NCBI GenBank assembly: GCA_022813865.1
Contig: JALDZX010000013.1
Coordinates: 186,001-250,000 of the forward strand
Source: Xylographa opegraphella
Taxonomy: Eukaryota
DNA: 64,000 nt
Direction: 5' to 3'
Shown: positions 61,142 to 64,000 of the stretch, one piece after another
Layout: every line of letters starts with the position of its first letter
Numbering within the stretch: position 1 is the first letter of the stretch
Program-made: the position numbers and the translations under genes
The notes under the pieces: model-generated
Seen by the model: the letters and a program-made list of their open reading frames with translations, nothing else
What the model was told of the DNA's origin: nothing
Databases searched by the model: none

Positions 61142-64000
61142 ATGTGGCAGGACAACGAGCCTTCGATACTTGAATATGCGCGCTTTTACGGCTTGACAGT
61201 TGACCATCGGCATTCACATCCACTGGCTGAAGTCCCTCAATCCCTTTCCACTGCGTCGAGTGTTTACGAGTCAGACGTTCTCGAGATTTCAAAAGATCTA
61301 GGGACAATTGCGACGGAGCGGTTAGAGCTCGAGAAAGGCGCTGCCATCTTCTTAGTATCTATCACTAACACCAAAAACTATGCCTCGAGCGCTGGTGAGG
61401 ACTCGCTGCCAAAGACTCACCGCGTGCGAGATCTCAAGTTTGAGCTTCCACTTTTAAAAAGCGACCATGAATTGGATCTCCGGCAGTTCGTTGGTCGCAT
61501 TGTGCCAGATCTTAGTAGTGAGCGCCTACCACTCGAAAACCTCAAAGATGACCTGGACGAAGGATTAGGCTTGCAGTCCTCCTACGACGAGCTGTATGTT
61601 AAAGTATCAGCGAAATATTCAGTCGAAAAACTTGCTATCCCTAAAGATGCGCTACTCTACCTTCGAGATACTATTCAGCAGCTTAAACCAGGAGATGAAC
61701 AGCCGAGGCATGATTACCATTTCACGCAGTATCAAAGGGTAATGCTTACCTCCCGGGGATGTAGACTGAAGCTGAAAGGAAAGTCAGAGCACGGTCCGGG
61801 ATCCGATCACGCCACCTCTACTTCCCATGTCTCCTGAGATAGTACCCTTTGTACCGTCTTCGGAAGTTGGCTATTTAGATCTACTGTCCGAACATAGCAG
61901 CCCGTTTCGTGACGAATTACGGGACCTCGACAGATCCATACTAGCGGAAGACACAATTGAGCCAAATTTTAAAAGCAGTGGGTCAGGGTCAAAAGATGTG
62001 ACTATTAATTCCGATACTATCGAGGATCTATACAGTCCTCTCAAGCGTACCAGAGACCCTCCCTCTCCGCCTATAATCAGAAGAAGCAAGGCAGCATGTC
62101 TGAAAGTAGACGGACCGCTTACGCCACCACGATCCGAATTACCTCCACCGTGGAAGTCTAAGAACGTGTCATTCTCGGAGACACTTGTGCAGATCATCCC
62201 AGATCTTCTCTCTCAAATCCCTAATCCCAAAGACACATCTTCGGAAGACATCGATCGTTTTTTTGCAGAAGTCGTCCGCCCAATCGCGGAACAAGCGGAT
62301 CGGTGGATAGAACAAGAACAATTACAAGAAGCAGACACAACGATCAGAGTCAAAGTGCCAATCATGGATTTCGCTCGTCCCATAGCACCATGGAAGCAAT
62401 TTCTGACTGAGAAGCGAGATTTCAAATTGCAAGGCAAGCTGCTCCAAGAAATCAAACATGACCATCTCAGCAACTGCTTCTGGCCGTTATCTGGTAAAGC
62501 AGAGCGCGCCCTCCAGTGGTCTCCCTTTCCTTCGAACCTAGCCAGAGTGGCAATAGAAGAATTCATAGATGATGATCCGGCCCTGGAAGAACTGATTACT
62601 CAACCGGAACTTATCGATCCCATGACTTTAGTATGGAAACTGGATGGTATACGAATTATGGACAGCGAAGATTCGGATACAGCAGAAATTGAGGTTGGCC
62701 ACTTTCCAGAAACCGTTGACATGAAGAGCCTGATCAGGAAGCGTAAGATGGACCTGCAAGAAGACATGATTAACTCAGGTTTGGTTCTGCCATCAAAGGT
62801 TGTCAAAGATGATTTTCACGATGGGTTATCAAACAATTACGAGCTATTCGGGAGTTTCTTCTCCGCCCTTAGCGCCCTGGATCATTTCACAAGCATTCGG
62901 ACCGGGGAAGTGAAACGGAAAAGGCTTGAGACGAGTTCATACCTTGCAAAAGGAACCGACATTGCAAGACCTGAACCGCATCCGACCATCAACAGTCCAG
63001 CTGTCATATCTATCCATACGCCTCTTCCAAGCCTCGACAGACCGCCAATATCTCTTCCCGAATTCATCATTCCAAGCTCGCCTCGCGCGTTCGTAATCCC
63101 TACCTCACTCCTACTTAAACGTCCGCTCTTCCGCTTGATTCAGAAGCTCTACCCGACCGCTGAATTTATCGAACGCGACTTTACTCTCCACAGCACCCCC
63201 AGCGTCCCCTTCGTGGCCTCCAAACAATATTCTAAGCCCCTGACTCCCACCAGCCCTCTCCTACATGAAGCCGATATCATCCTCTCTCCATCAACAGGCC
63301 TCTTTCTCGCCACTCTTGCTCAAATCGCGCAGCGCCCCCTTCCTGGTAGCACTGGCCTACCACCCATCTACGACCGCATCCTCCACACCGCACCACGCTA
63401 CGAAAGCCTTATCATCCTCGTCAGCGACCTTTCGGCCGCCAATACAGGAATAACAACCTCCCTGGCGCCTCTACGTTCCCTCCACGCCTTCTGCGCGTCC
63501 CTCCCACTTTCCACCCCGCCTTCCATAATCTTCGTCCCCGCCAGCACTCCCACAGCGCCTTCATCCCATCACGAGCCCCTTCTTCCGCTCGCAACGTACA
63601 CCATCCACCTCATGACCACGCACAGCCTCCCCTCAGAGATCATCTCGCTCTCCCCTACCGCACCTACCGCGCTGCGCCTCCATCAGGAAGAAACAACCTG
63701 GGAAGTCTTCCTCCGCCGCGCCGGGCTTAACGCTTTCGCCGCGCAAGCCGTGCTGGCGGCGCTGCGACCACCAGTACTGAACAGGGAGTGGGGTGAGTTG
63801 GATGCTCAAGCGGCTGGGACGAACGGAGTGAGTGTGGGTGGTGTTTTCGCTGACAGAAGGGGTTGGACGGTCAAGGATAGATGCGGGGAGGAGAGCACGC
63901 TGTGGGGGTTGGCGGCCTTTGTGCGGATGGGGCCGGAGGAGAGGATAAGGAGGTTTGAGGGCTTGCTTGGGGGAAGGGGGATGTTGGAGAGAGTGGGGAG
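61142..64000 (+). CDS. Large conserved ascomycete protein, probable Zip2/SHOC1-like (inactive XPF-like + HhH C-terminus); truncated by window end
   Basis: Exon 1 at 61142-~61738, then a long open frame to the end: FIERDF, EADIILSPSTG, RYESLIILVS, EETTWEVFLRRAGLNAFAAQAVL, AFVRMGPEERIRRF. The Zip2 assignment is inference from recalled motif similarity. Confidence 0.65.

Noticed and set aside
1..64000. CRISPR arrays, rRNA/tRNA genes, intact transposons, telomeric arrays
   Set aside because: No repeat-spacer arrays, cloverleafs, transposase/RT ORFs, LTR/TIR pairs or (TTAGGG)n tracts were seen; the locus is eukaryotic.

Overview
Gene-dense chromosomal segment of a filamentous ascomycete (Pezizomycotina; short GT-AG introns with CTRAC/CTAAT branch points). 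About 27 protein-coding genes can be supported. Housekeeping genes: TAO3/Mor2 (runs off the left edge), cytochrome P450 reductase, RPA2, DBP10, GUA1, ULA1, RKI1, a VAMP7-like SNARE, HSP10, SWT21/TCAB1-like WD40 and TYW1. Others: a copper amine oxidase, a TauD dioxygenase, two F-box genes, a methyltransferase, a ModF-like ABC ATPase and a probable Zip2/SHOC1-like gene running off the right edge. No rRNA, tRNA, CRISPR or intact transposon was found. Main leads: (1) a compact module at ~25.9-29.5 kb (zinc deaminase + intronless COG0212-type 5-formyl-THF cyclo-ligase paralogue + divergently transcribed Bsu1-like MFS transporter), a candidate uncharacterised thiamin/B6 or N-heterocycle salvage system next to GMP synthase; (2) recurring ~1-2 kb GC-rich patches that always read C-rich then G-rich regardless of gene orientation; (3) CTTAG/CTAAG clusters in promoters; (4) decayed genes, one broken by a 7-bp tandem duplication. 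Exon boundaries and compositional patterns were read by eye, and family assignments come from recalled motifs, not database searches.
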